Made by a program: the position numbers and the translations under genes
From: the human T2T-CHM13v2.0 reference genome, Homo sapiens
Reading direction: 5' to 3' (one strand)
Assembly: GCF_009914755.1 (NCBI RefSeq)
Contig: NC_060932.1
DNA: 64,000 nt
Shown: piece by piece, positions 1 to 18,616 of the stretch
Position numbering within the stretch: the first letter of the stretch is position 1
How the letters are laid out: the number at the start of each line of letters is the position of its first letter
Notes under the pieces: generated by a model
The model's database searches: none
Told to the model about the DNA's origin: nothing
Seen by the model: only the letters and a program-made list of their open reading frames with translations

Positions 1-57
1 GTAGAATTCTAAGAATCAAAGCAGCATTCAAAAGTGCTCTTAAATAGAAAGATATAT

Positions 58-373
<316 letters not shown>

Positions 374-809
374 TCAAGCAATTCAGGCCTGCATCCCTCT
401 GGTCCTGAGAAACCATAAGCATTCCCTCCAGGGAGAGCATGTCCTTGTCATTTCATTTCTTCTGGGCTCTAGAATCCAGAGCCAAAATAAAATCCTCAGT
501 GCCACTGAGCTGGTGCCTCCCAGGTGTAAAATCACATTTTCGTACCAACATACAGTCCCTAGTTTTGGGGGGGATTACACTCAGGGATTATAACCAAGAC
601 TTTACCTACCCCTAGAACTGTGCTGAAGCCAATAGAGCAGCAAACAGAACAGTCCTGGAATGTGACATGCAACCAGTAACTCACTTGTTTCTGAAATATC
701 TGTATTTATTTTAGCTTCATGATTTAACAGGAATAGTGTGAGGTAAAATGACATGAGTCACTTAAAGCCTTTCAGAAGGAGAAGTACCAGCCTTGATGTG
801 GGGAAAAAA

Positions 810-1232
<423 letters not shown>

Positions 1233-1277
1233 TCAGAATATTTCAATGAATGAGTATTCATTTTGTTAAAAAATTCA

Positions 1278-1568
<291 letters not shown>

Positions 1569-2117
1569 ATCAGACAGAAAAGAACTAATGAGTGTTCTCC
1601 ATCAAGAGCTTTTTTCTATTAAATGTGAGCTATTGTAATAGGCACTCTTCCAAATATTGACAAAGGTGCTTTTTCTATTTCCCAAAACTTTAATTAATAT
1701 GTATGCCAAATGAGCCTCTTCCTTCCCTAAAAGGAGCCCCAAAATTATATATAGAAATATAAATTTGTGAGAACCCGGCCTGTGAGTTCACTGTTGGCCC
1801 ACAAAAGACTGAAGCTAAAAGCTCCAAAGAGCTTTTGAGATCAATTGTTATAGGAAAACAGCAATAAAATGAAAAACTTGGGGGCTGTATGTTGGTATGA
1901 AAATGTGATTTTTACATCTGAGAGGTACCAGCTGGGTGGCACAGAGGATTTTATTTTGGCTCTGGATTCTAGAGCCCAGAATAAATAAAATGACAAAGAC
2001 ATATTCTCCCTGGAGGGGATGCTCATAGGTTCTCAGCGCCAGAGGGATGCAGGCCTGAATTGCTTTCAGGGAGGTTGTCTGTCTACTTAAAAGCATGTAA
2101 AAATATTGTTTTCTTAG

Positions 2118-2657
<540 letters not shown>

Positions 2658-2967
2658 AGCCTCGTTTTTATAAGGAGTTTTTGGGGCAGTTAAAAATCCT
2701 CACAGTGTGGTTCTGGATCAGGATCATCCACATCATGTGGGAGCTGGTTACAAATGCAGACTCTCAGGCCACGCCCCACATCTGCTGAGTCAGAATTCGC
2801 ATCTCAGCGGGATCCCTAGGAGGCTCCTCTGCCTCTGGAGGCCTGGTTAGGAATGTGCGCTTCTAAGTCCCACCTCAGTGAATCTTCCCTACAGTTTGAG
2901 ACCCTTGGACCTAAAAGTTTTAAGTTACTTTAAACATTTCATATGAAAATATGATATTTCATGGCTT

Positions 2968-2972
<5 letters not shown>

Positions 2973-3012
<40 letters not shown>

Positions 3013-3295
3013 AGATGGAGTCTCACTCTGTCGCCCAGGCTGGAGCTCAGTAGCTCAGTCTTGGCTCACTGAAACCTCTACCTCCTGGGTTCAAGCCATT
3101 GTTGTGCTTCAGCTTCCCAAGTAGCTGGGACTACAGGCGTGTGCCACCACGCCCAGCTAATTTTTGTATTTTTTGGTAGAGAAGGGTTTTTGCCATATTG
3201 CCCAGGCTGGTCTTGACCTCCTGAGCTCAAGCGATCCACCCACCTCAGCCTCTCAAAGTGCTGGGATTACAGGAGTGAGCCACTGCACCGGGCCA
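2973..3295 (-). mobile_element. Alu with a 39-nt poly-T tail
   Basis: Antisense Alu; TSD TTCATGGCTTT on both sides. Confidence 0.93.
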
Positions 3296-3430
3296 GTTCA
3301 TGGCTTTTCTAATTCAATAGGTGAAAAAAAAAAAAATATATATATATATATGATATTTCATATCCATAGAATTTCTATGATAACAATGATTGTGTCTAGA
3401 GGAGAGTACTGGAGGAGGGAAATTTTCATG

Positions 3431-3877
3431 TGTTAAGTGAAATTTATGGGACTGTCATTGGCTTGGACTAAGCTCTTGCCTGCACTAGGCCCAACAGACC
3501 AGACAAAACCAGAATGGAGTCGCTCATGCCAGGGGCCATACAATCAAACTGAACTCTCAAACAGGCTGATATTCCAAAACACAGGAACCAATCACAGCAA
3601 CCAACTAAAAGGGGCCCAGTTTCCCCATGCTGGCATAATAAGGAAGCCCCCTCTGTCTGAATCCAGGGAGGAAAATAACTTTGAAACAACCAATCTGCTT
3701 TTAGTTCCCTGCTTTTGTTTTTTTCAGCCCTTTTGTGCCTATAAAGCCAACCTCCTCCACTCAGCTTACAGGAGATCCTTTCTAAATCTTTGGATGGGAT
3801 ACTTTCCAATTCATGAATAGTTAATAAAAACCAATTATATATTGAAACTAAATTTGTTGCAATTTTATTTTTTAACA
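3431..3877 (+). mobile_element. ERV1-class solo LTR (family not assigned)
   Basis: TGTTAA...TTAACA termini; TATAAA at 3740 and AATAAA at 3823; ERV1-like motif CTGCACTAGGCCCAACAGACC. Confidence 0.8.
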
Positions 3878-4012
3878 CGTTATACCTTCCATACTGCTTG
3901 ATTATATGTGTGTGTGTGCCCATATTAATCTTTACCATGGCAAAGTAATCATGAGCCTTTTCTAACTACCACACTTCAAGAGGATGTTATAATTTACAAA
4001 GCCCTTTGATAG

Positions 4013-5050
<1,038 letters not shown>

Positions 5051-6739
5051 GGATCCAAGTTTTAAAAATTTTTATTATGACAAATTCTAAATATTTATAA
5101 AGTAAATACAATATTATAATGGAGACTTATGTACCTACCTGTCACTCCCCATACCTCACTTGATTATTTTACATATATATTTTTCAAGGTAAAAATTTAT
5201 ATACGTTAGCCTGATTTAGTGGCTCACGCCTGTAATCCCAACACTTTGGGAGGCTGAGGTGGGCAGACTGCTTGAGCCCAGGAGTTCAAGGCCAGCCTAG
5301 GCAACATGCCAAGACCCCATCTCTATTAAAAAAAAGTTATATACAATAACATGCACAAATCTTATCAGGATCCTTTTTTAAAAACATTCCCATCTTGTTT
5401 AGCAAAAATCTGGCTCTATTGCCTCCCAAGTGTAAATGCTATTGCCGGATTTCCTGCTGTTTGCTACCCTGAGTTGAATCATCCTTCCCCTGCTTGAGGT
5501 TTAGCTGGGAGAGGATGAATGCTTTTGTTCTCAGTCAGAAAGCATATGGGATGTCAAGTCTGGCTGCTGCACTGTTATGCACTCACAGTGACATCCAGGT
5601 ATGCCTCCTTCAAACCATCTCCCTGGGCCACAGTCAAGAGCCTCCTTCCAAAAGGGAAGCTCAGAATCCCTTAGCCATGTCCCACTCCCCAGACAACCTG
5701 GCAGCCCCCACCTGAATGCTCACTACTCTTGAGTCGGCTGATTGGGCCATCATTAATATATCCAACTCTCATTTACTTAGTCCCAATATGTGCCAGGGAG
5801 TTGCCTAGACTTGATCTCATCTCAGAGAGATCCGAACTTATAAAACTCTCATTTCCCTTTACAAGCTGGAAAACAAAATATAAACTTGTCTTCCATCTCA
5901 TGGCAGGAGATGAGTCAGCAGAACAGGAAATTCTCCTTGCACAAGCCCTTCTGATCCGTGGGTTGGGTGTGTGTGGTATCGAGCGAGGGCTGGGAAGGGA
6001 GCCGGCTCCTCTCCTGGAACCACTCTGAAAGGTGAACAATGCGAGTTGGCCGGTGAGTTCAGAACTGTTGACACACACCTTGTCAATTAGAAGTGTCCCA
6101 ACATGTTTTGGGGAAAGCTGAGCTGCTTCCAAATAAGGAACAGGGCAAATAAGGAAACTGGTTGTTGCCAACGTCTAGGTGGCTTCAGAATGCAAGAGGT
6201 TGGAGGAGTTACTGCCCATGAAACTCAAGATGCACTTGAGCGGCAAGCCCAGCTTTGGCGGATGTTTGATGAAAGATGAAGCTTAAGGTGGGTTTCAAGG
6301 AAGGTCCTTAAATGCCACAAAAGCCCTGGTAATACAAGTATGCACACGCAGTGAATTGCAGAAGGAAGGGAGCTCTAGGGGTTGGAAATGTCTACACAAT
6401 GTCTACCACTTCTGGCCCAATCTCTAACAACCCTGCAGTCCCCTGAAGAGATCCAAGCTCTAGTCTGGTGTTATTCCTAAGGAGCTGAAACTTGGGATAA
6501 GTCATTTAATTTCCGTAGACCCTCATTTCCTCATCTGCAAAAAGAAGGCGTTAAACACGATGAGCTCTTCCACTTCTGAATCCTGTAGCTGCATTGCAAA
6601 CTCAAATCAGTTTACCATGACCCCACTTTTTCCTTTTCTTCCATGACTTTGCCAATGAGATGATGAGGGAGAAATAGCTGAGGCTGGCTGTTAGATCAAG
6701 CCAGACTCTTTAAAATAACTAGTCTGTGGGAATCAGGCA

Positions 6740-6745
<6 letters not shown>

Positions 6746-6795
<50 letters not shown>
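6746..6795. repeat. (GT)25 microsatellite
   Basis: Uninterrupted GT dinucleotide run of 50 nt. Confidence 0.97.
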
Positions 6796-6797
<2 letters not shown>

Positions 6798-7721
6798 ACG
6801 TTTCCATTAGGTGGGGCAAGGAAGCGGTTTCTGCAGTGTAGAGGGGGAAGCATTCAGTCAGCTCTAAATGTTTCAGCTTTGCAGAAAATTGCATGCAGCC
6901 AAGAGAGAGGATTCAGATTTTTGCGCAGGAGAAGGAGGTGGGGGAGGAGTGCATGAGCTGATATTCCAGCTCTGAATTCAAAAAAGGATAAGAATGCAGT
7001 TAGAAGAGTAGGCTGAGAATGAGGCAAGAGGTAAAAATATGCTAGGGCTTTTAAATAGGGTGTAGCCAGAGCTGGTTCCATCCTACTCTTCCACTCTGCC
7101 TGGCTTTTTACATTCAGCTGGCCTTCCCCTCACCCCACCCGGACCCACTCTAAACTCTTTCAAGGCTCCGATCCCCCTCCACTTCCCCCACGAGAAATTA
7201 TATAGGAGCCAGGGAGGAAGTGACACATTTTCCTGCCTGAATGGAGCAGGCCCCTGAAGCAGCGTCTCTCGGCCTTTCAGCAGTTTTATCTCACCCTGGC
7301 CATCGCAGCCGCCTGGTTCCTCGTACAATGCTTCCCTCTGGCTGAACCCCACTGATGACTAGAACGCCTAAGGAGGCTCCGTGCTAGAGGTTTGGGACAT
7401 CCATACAGGGCTCCAGTCCCTCTCACATGCAACTTCCGGTCAAACATCAATGATTAGAGCTTTGTTAGACCAACGAACCACTCAGAGCCCTGCCCCTGCC
7501 CCTCGGCATGTGCTGGATTCTTGGAAGGTAAAGTAGGAGAATCCCCAAGTTGGCAATCCTCGATGCCTGAATTTCCATGCCAGATCTCTCACTTCCTAGC
7601 TATGTGACCTTGGGCAAGTTACCCAGCCTCTCTGAACCTCTGTAGTTTCATCTGAAAGGAGAGATTGATAATAACAACTGCTTTGCAGGTTCTAAGGAGG
7701 ATTTAATAAAAGCGTGGATAA

Positions 7722-8025
<304 letters not shown>

Positions 8026-8967
8026 CCTTTATGGCAGTTTTTATCAGGACCTTCGCACTTAATTTTATGCCACTGTATTGTAGTTCTCTTAGTGGCACCA
8101 AAAACGTAAATCAGCATTCCAGTCTAACACCTTATTGGTAGCTCCCAAAATGAACAACTAAAGAGATACTAACAGAATAACAAAACTACCTAAAAATGAA
8201 GACTGAAGTTAAAAACATCATGGGCAACAGGAGCCTCTAGTCCTCTCCAGTACCCAACTGTTTTGCTTGGCTTTTTTGAGACAAGGTCTCTTATGTTGCC
8301 CAGGCTAGCCTCTAACTCCTGGTCTCAAACAATCCTCCTGTCTCAGCCTCCCAAATAGCTGGGACTACAGGTGCATGCCACAGCACCCAGTTCACTGCTG
8401 TTTTTGCCCTGCCTAGTATCTCTACTACATAAAATTTATCTTATTGGGCTGGAATGATCTGTTTCCATACTGTCTCTTACAAGACTAGAGTCTATCCTGT
8501 CCAAAACTTGGTTTATTTCATAGTTCGAAAATGTATACTTTCTTCATTTTCTCTTAGAATGTTAAAATATCATTCCCCCACCCCACCTCCACCTCTAGGA
8601 CTTTCCCTACCCCCTTTTGAGGGAGCATGGCCCTGCTAACACCTTGATTTCAGACTTCCGGCCTCCAGAACTGCAGCAGAATGCTTCTAGAAGGCAGGGA
8701 CATGCCTCCTTTATCTTTGTATCTCCAGAATTTAGCCTAACAAAATACCTAGGGGGTAGGTCAACGTTGGCCTCTTCTGTTCACTGGTGTAGTCCATGCA
8801 TGTCGCATGGTGCTGTTACTTGTGCTGCAGCAGCACTGTGGGATTTCGGGTCCTCAAGCTCCTCATCCGTGTCAGAGTGTTTCACTGGGGTCAGTGGACT
8901 GAGTGCTCTAATCCTAGTTCTCCAGTGGGTCACGGCAGAATTGGGCAGATTTGAAAAGATAGATTCC

Positions 8968-9283
<316 letters not shown>

Positions 9284-9635
9284 TCAATAGGTCTGGGGTA
9301 GGGCCTAGATGTTTGTACTTAAGCAAAAAAAAAAAAAAAAAGAAAGGAAAAAAGAAAAGCTTTAAAGATGATTCTGGAACAGGACGAAACTTAGACCTCA
9401 CTGTACGAGATGTTTCCAATAATTTTGCAAGTAGTATGATTATATATGTCATTTTGACTGATTTCAAAAGACTCCAGGCCATCAAGAGTGTTTTTCTAGG
9501 CTGATATGTGAGTATATAGAGCTTAATTTAAACAAATGGTGCCTCGGGAGGATTAGTGATCACGCACCCTTTAAACCGATGAACTTTTTAAATCCTGTAT
9601 TTAGCAGGGTTACAGAAAAATTGATTTTTTTTTAA

Positions 9636-9973
<338 letters not shown>

Positions 9974-9982
9974 AAGAACTGA

Positions 9983-10650
<668 letters not shown>

Positions 10651-11085
10651 CAAAATAAGAAATTTATTACATATATTTTTTTTCTGAATTGCTGAACCAG
10701 ACTTCTTAGAAGACAACATAATTTTTAAAAAAATTTTTGTAATTGGGCAGCCTCCCAAACGAGAATTGGTTTAGAGAGACTCCTTTGTAATTTCAAATTT
10801 AAATGAAAGTAAATTGTTCCAAATAAAGAACACGGTGTCATCCATTATTCAGGTAACTGTCAGCTAGCTGCCTTCAAGGCAGGACCTGAATGAAGCTGCA
10901 CCTGGATCCTACATGCATGTGTCACAAAATGCTAAAGGGTGGGGGGTGGGGGGGGGGCGAGCGGGGAGGATAGGACGCAGGGTTTTGTTTTTATTCAAGG
11001 GTAATCTCTACTTTGGTGATAACAAGACCAATTTAGATTCACAAATTAGGTAACAAACCTGAATTAACTCGCTGGGGTTGCTTGA

Positions 11086-11390
<305 letters not shown>

Positions 11391-12663
11391 CAGCAATGGT
11401 TTAACACACCTTTTAGACTGATATCCCAGGTGGCCACTGGTCTGCCTCTTTGCACCTCAAGTGCTAACTAGATAACAAAAGGTCACCTCTGCACCCTCAT
11501 AAATATATTTTCTCACTCTCCCAGGTCAGTGTTTTAGACACAACTGTGCAGGCTGGGGAAGAAGAGGTCAGGGATGGAGGAGGGAAGTGGGTCTACTTTG
11601 AACTGCATCAAATTCCCTCCCAAGTGACTGAGGGAGGAGCCCGATGGAGAAGCTCTAGAGAGTCGGCTTCTCTTAGCTGGGGGCGGCCAAGGGAGCGTCC
11701 AAAATATGTGCACAAAGGACCACAAAGCCTGCAGGCAGACACACCGCCAAAGACGTGGATGACAGCCAGGCACAACACCGGCCAAGTTGGAATGGGACAA
11801 AGGAGGCGTTGTGCTCATCGGTTGAATTATCCCAGCGTGTTCATAGCTATTCTTTGTTTTTCTTTTCTATTTTGACGAAAAATGTTGCAGTTTTTTACCT
11901 TGTCACTGAACAATAACAAACTTGTGACATTTTACAACACACAGGAGATTTAGTAAACTTGTGACCATTCTAGGGTGTTTCTGACACTTACAGAAACATG
12001 TTTCGGTCTTGTGGGGCAGCAGGGTGTTGTGTGTCTGCCTTTCTGTGTCCCCATGCTTTGTGAATGTCACTGTGTGGCTTCTGGTGCCAACACGGCAAGA
12101 TAAGATCAGTTACATGGCTGCAAGATCCCCAAGGATGGTCTCTTTGATGGCAGTGGAGGGCATGGACTTCAATACTGCTGCCCACAGGGCTTCCCAAGAG
12201 CCCCTTCCTAGCAAGTCACTGGCAGAGCAATTGCCTACCATCGAGTTGCAGGAGAAGGCTCAGGATTTAACAGTGCACTAAGTTACAAAGCTTTGGCTGA
12301 GTGAAAGAATGAGACATGCACAGATACCATGCTTTCCGTCCCTTTTTAAAGGCTGAAGTGATAGGATGGAGATCACAGACATTTTGAAAGTGGCCACAGA
12401 GTTTATTTCTCTGGAAGGGCCAGAAGTTTGCCCTGAAGGACATCCAAGCGCCTTCCACTTTGAGATCCAAAGCTGCAAAGCACATTTCCACACGTGGCCT
12501 AGAGGAGATGGCTCCTTCTGTAACAAGGAGGACTTGAATTTAGATGGAACCATTTCTGCAGGGCCCGCGGATGGGGATGGTATAAAAGGGCACAGATTTC
12601 ATGATGGTACTTGCAGACTTTCTTCAGAGGGATTCAGTCCAATCACAAGAAGATCGGGGTTGA

Positions 12664-12974
<311 letters not shown>

Positions 12975-13022
12975 TTAACCTTCCAGGTAAAACCAAAGAT
13001 GATTGCAAAGTCATCATCAATG

Positions 13023-14200
<1,178 letters not shown>

Positions 14201-14946
14201 AAGGTTTGGAGTCACAGTATCACTTTTCTTCAAAATCATGTCACCCTTGGCCACTTAGGAAATTGTTCATGTTCTCAGAAGCAACTTTGCAGTGGTGTGA
14301 TCATGGCTCACTGCAGCCTCGAACTCCTGGGCATAAATGAGCCTCCTGCCCCAGCCGCCCAAGCAGCTAGGACTACAGGTGCACCCCATCATGCCAAGCT
14401 AATTTTTGAATTTTTTTTTATAGTAATGAGGTCTTGCTATGTTGCTGAGGCTGGTCTTAAACTCCTGGACTCAGCAATTTCTCCCACCTCAGCCTCCCAA
14501 AGTGCTGGGATGACAGGCATGGGCCAACATGTCTGGCCTGGCAGTAACTTTTAAGTGAGGGGAAAGAAGCCCTTTGTAAATAAATAGAACACATTTCATT
14601 GCATCTTATTCCAGTTCCCTCAGCTGGAGTGTTGTCACCTTAATTTATCCGATTGTATTGTCATCCTAAATTTCTAGCCCAGTAATAACGGTAAGGAGGA
14701 TGAAAGGCGGCAGTTCCTCTGCAGCAGTGACATTTTTTCAAAACCTTCATTACCCTTTGGCCAGTCTGCCATCTCGTTTTTGAGGTGTTTAGTTAAGGAT
14801 GGACCCTGGAGTCAGACTATCTGGGTTTGTATCTGCTGTATCTGGGTTTGTATTTGATGTCTATTAGCTGAGGGACCTTGTAGAGTTATTTAAACTCTCT
14901 GTGCTGCTTTCATTTTCTTCCAGGAAAATGAGGGTAATAGTACCTA

Positions 14947-15465
<519 letters not shown>

Positions 15466-16900
15466 TTAATCCTATTTAATTAGGGAACAAAGTCTAAGAA
15501 AAATGCAACATTTTATTGCAAGTGAACTTTTAACCAGGAGGACTGATTCACAGGGACTAACCTTAAAGGGCCAGTATTCTACCAGTACAAGGGTATTTGC
15601 CATCCCAAATACATTATCTTATATGGTTTTTCTCGTTCCAGTAAATCAGTGGTTCCTAATATTTTAGGTCATGGACTCCTTTAAAAAAATCTGATGAAGC
15701 CAGGCATGGTGGCTTGTACCTCTAGTCCTAGCTACTTGGAAGGCTGAGGTGGGAGGATTGCTTGTGCCCAGGAGTTCAAGACCAGCCTGGGCAACACAGT
15801 GAGAAGTGCAACTCTCATCCATCACAAAAAAAACAAAAAAAAAAAGTTGATGAAAACTATGAACTATGTACCCTCTGCTCAGAACAGTGCATATTCACAT
15901 ATGCATAGACTATTTTGCATGCAAAAGCATGAGGTTCACTGACCTCAAGTTAAGATATCACTGCTATGTACATGGGAGAAGTAGAAAAAGAAAGTTATGG
16001 AATGGAGCTTCTTTCCAAAATTCTTTGAGGCACATCTCCATGGTGATTGTTTCAAATGTCAAGTTCTAGGGCCACACTTTTATAAGATGAACCTTGGGAT
16101 TCAATTATTTTTTCCATTATTTTTAACTTCTCTTGCAGTGGTTCTCAGCCCTAGTTCTATGTTAGAATCACACATGGAGATTTTTTAAAAACTCCAATAC
16201 CCAAGCCACACTCCTAGATCAATTAAGTGAGAATATCTGGAGGATGGGACCAAGGCATAAGTAATGTTTAAAGCTCCCCAGATGATTTGAGTGTTCAACC
16301 AAGGTTGAGAAACACAGCTGTACTGCCTCTCCTTAATTAAGAGAATAATTCAGTGGATCTGGGCCTTCCAGCCCCCTACAAATCCCCATTTTTCTTTCCA
16401 TATCTTTTCTGTGTAGGGTATGCCATATTTCTCTTTAAGCTAATAACTGGCTTTCATCTCCTGTTATTTAGTATGTCACAAAGACGTGTATTGTTCAACT
16501 ACCACTTAAGACTTCATTTAACTCTGAGCTTATGATGGGGAGAAAAAGAAGCAGAAGGAAAAGCACATGCTGTTCAGGATTGTTAAACCCCATCCAATCT
16601 CATGAGTATGCTTTACTGAAAGAGCCGAAGACAGAGAGGAGGTGGTGGCAAAAATAAATAAATAACTAAAGATGATTTTGAAGACGTAGATGACTCAATG
16701 AAACCTGCATGAGCGGAGAAGACCAGAGACACAAGGCAGAAACATCTAAGGAGTGAGGTTCCTTTCATCGTAGAAGGTGAAGATCGAATAGGTGGGATTT
16801 GAGTAGGCCCCAAATCAATTCTTTTTTTCCGGTAGAGTCATAATTTTAGAGCTAGAAGATACCACTGAGATACACTAGTCCTCTTTCTTTCAGTCCTCTT

Positions 16901-17007
16901 TATCCTTGCCCCAACCAGCTGAGGCCTCAGACAGAGACATCACCAACCTGAGAAAGCAACCAAGGTTGGTGATGTCTCTGAGGTCTCAGCTGATGGGGGC
17001 AGTGATA
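16901..17007. repeat. Long imperfect palindrome / hairpin
   Basis: Perfect 18-bp stem 16932-16949 / 16963-16980 around a 13-nt loop; extends ~27-30 bp further with few mismatches. Confidence 0.92.
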
Positions 17008-17132
17008 GGGGCTGGCATAGCTAGGTCTCCTGAATTTAGAGTGTTCTCCCACCTTCCACAGTGCTAGGCTGACAGAGGCTCCTATGGCTAAGAGACACTA
17101 GGTGAGCAGAGAAAGCTAATAGAACATATTAA

Positions 17133-17600
17133 TAAGGTGACCATATATATTTTTTGTCTAAACCTAGACACTTTTAAGGGTAAAGGAGATGTCTTAGTTC
17201 ATTGGGATGCTATAACAAAATACCATAAGCTGGCCAGCTTATATGCAATAGAAATTTATTTCTCACAGTTCTGGATGCTGGGAAGTCCAAGATCAAGCAC
17301 TGGCCGATGTGCCATCTGGTGAGGGCCTACTTTCAGGCTTATAGATGGCACCTTCTGTGTCCTTATATGTGGGAAGGGGCTAGCTAGCTCTCAGGGGTTT
17401 CTTTCATAAGGGCATTAATCCCATACAAGAGAGCTCCACTCTCCTGACCTAATTATCTCCCAAAGGTCTCACCTCATAATACCATCATTTTGAAGGTTAG
17501 GATTTCAGCATATGAAGTTGGTTCTGGGTTGGGGTGCAGGGAAGGGGCACAAACATTTGGACCATAGCAGGAGACAACAGGTAAACCTGGACTTATTTGT
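17133..17600. mobile_element. MER81-like hAT element split by the MLT1A LTR
   Basis: TAAGGTGACCATAT...GACACTTTT on the left and GACAACAGGTAAACCTGGAC on the right resemble the MER81 consensus. Confidence 0.55.
17190..17569 (-). mobile_element. MLT1A-like MaLR solo LTR
   Basis: TG...CA ends; perfect 5-bp TSD GGAGA (17185-17189, 17570-17574); core ATTTATTTCTCACAGTTCTGG...GGGAAGTCCAAGATCAAG. Confidence 0.9.
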
Positions 17601-18299
17601 CTCAAAAATCCATTTGCTATCTTTCTTCATTTTTACATAATCTGTCACCTTACTGATATTTCTACCATCAATACTACTTCTGTGAAAGAGTGGCTCTTAG
17701 TAGCTGTACAGTGACCTTGAACTCACCTGTGGGTTCTTCCAGGGGCGAATTCTGAGCTGTCAATCAAAAGAAAAGTTTCCTGGTTCTGACTCCCGTTACT
17801 TCCCTCTCCTTTTCCTTGCTTCCATCTGGATCCAAGCATTCCTATAGGGTAGCAACATGGACTCTTGGGAGAAGGGCTTCACAGACACACTTGCAGTGGT
17901 AGTAAGGTCTCAGATATGTGTGTTCTGCCCCCTCTCCACTTTCTTCCTTGTGGGGACTTTCTGCCTGTGAACCCTCCACTCTGCCTGAGGTCTCTCTGAG
18001 CTGACTTCCCTCTTTCCCAGACAAGCAGTGTTCCTTCCCAGGTGAGCACAATATTTCTCCTTTCCTCAATAGATTTTTCCTTGTTGAAAAGGCAACGTTT
18101 TGATCTCTGTGACTTTTTTGCTTGTTAGAAGACAGGCCTGTCCTCTTTCCATACAGGGCCCAGTTCAGCTCAGACTGGATTTAGTATCCATCAAACGTTG
18201 ATCACCAGCAACAATGGCACCTCTAGTCAGTTTTCCGTAGGTGCTGTTCTTAAGTTCTTGTGTTAACAATGTACTCTTCTGGAACCTTCTAAGAACAGA

Positions 18300-18616
18300 G
18301 TATTATTTATTTTTTTTTTTCTTTTTTCTTTTTTGAGCCAGGGTCTTGCTCTGTCACCCAGACTGGAGTGCAGTGGTACAATCATGGCTGACTGCAGACT
18401 TGACTTCTGGGCTCAAGCGATCGTCCCACCTCAGCCTCTCAAGTAGCTGGGACTACAGATGCACACCACCACACCCAGCTAATTTTTGTATTTTTTGTAT
18501 AGACGGGGGTCTCACTTTGTTGCCCAGGTTGGTCTCAAACTCCAGGGCTCAAATGATCTGCTTGCCTCTGCCTCCCAAAGTGCTGGCATTACGGCTATAA
18601 GCCACTGCACCTGGCC
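18300..18616 (-). mobile_element. AluJ-like
   Basis: Antisense Alu consensus. Confidence 0.9.

Noticed and set aside
3437-3938. 127-aa and 156-aa ORFs on opposite strands
   Set aside because: They lie within a solo ERV1 LTR; no gag/pol/env similarity recognised
14818-14853. Small direct repeats (TATCTGGGTTTGTAT x2; also TACTACTGGTAA x2 near 37320)
   Set aside because: Ordinary slippage duplications with nothing pointing to function
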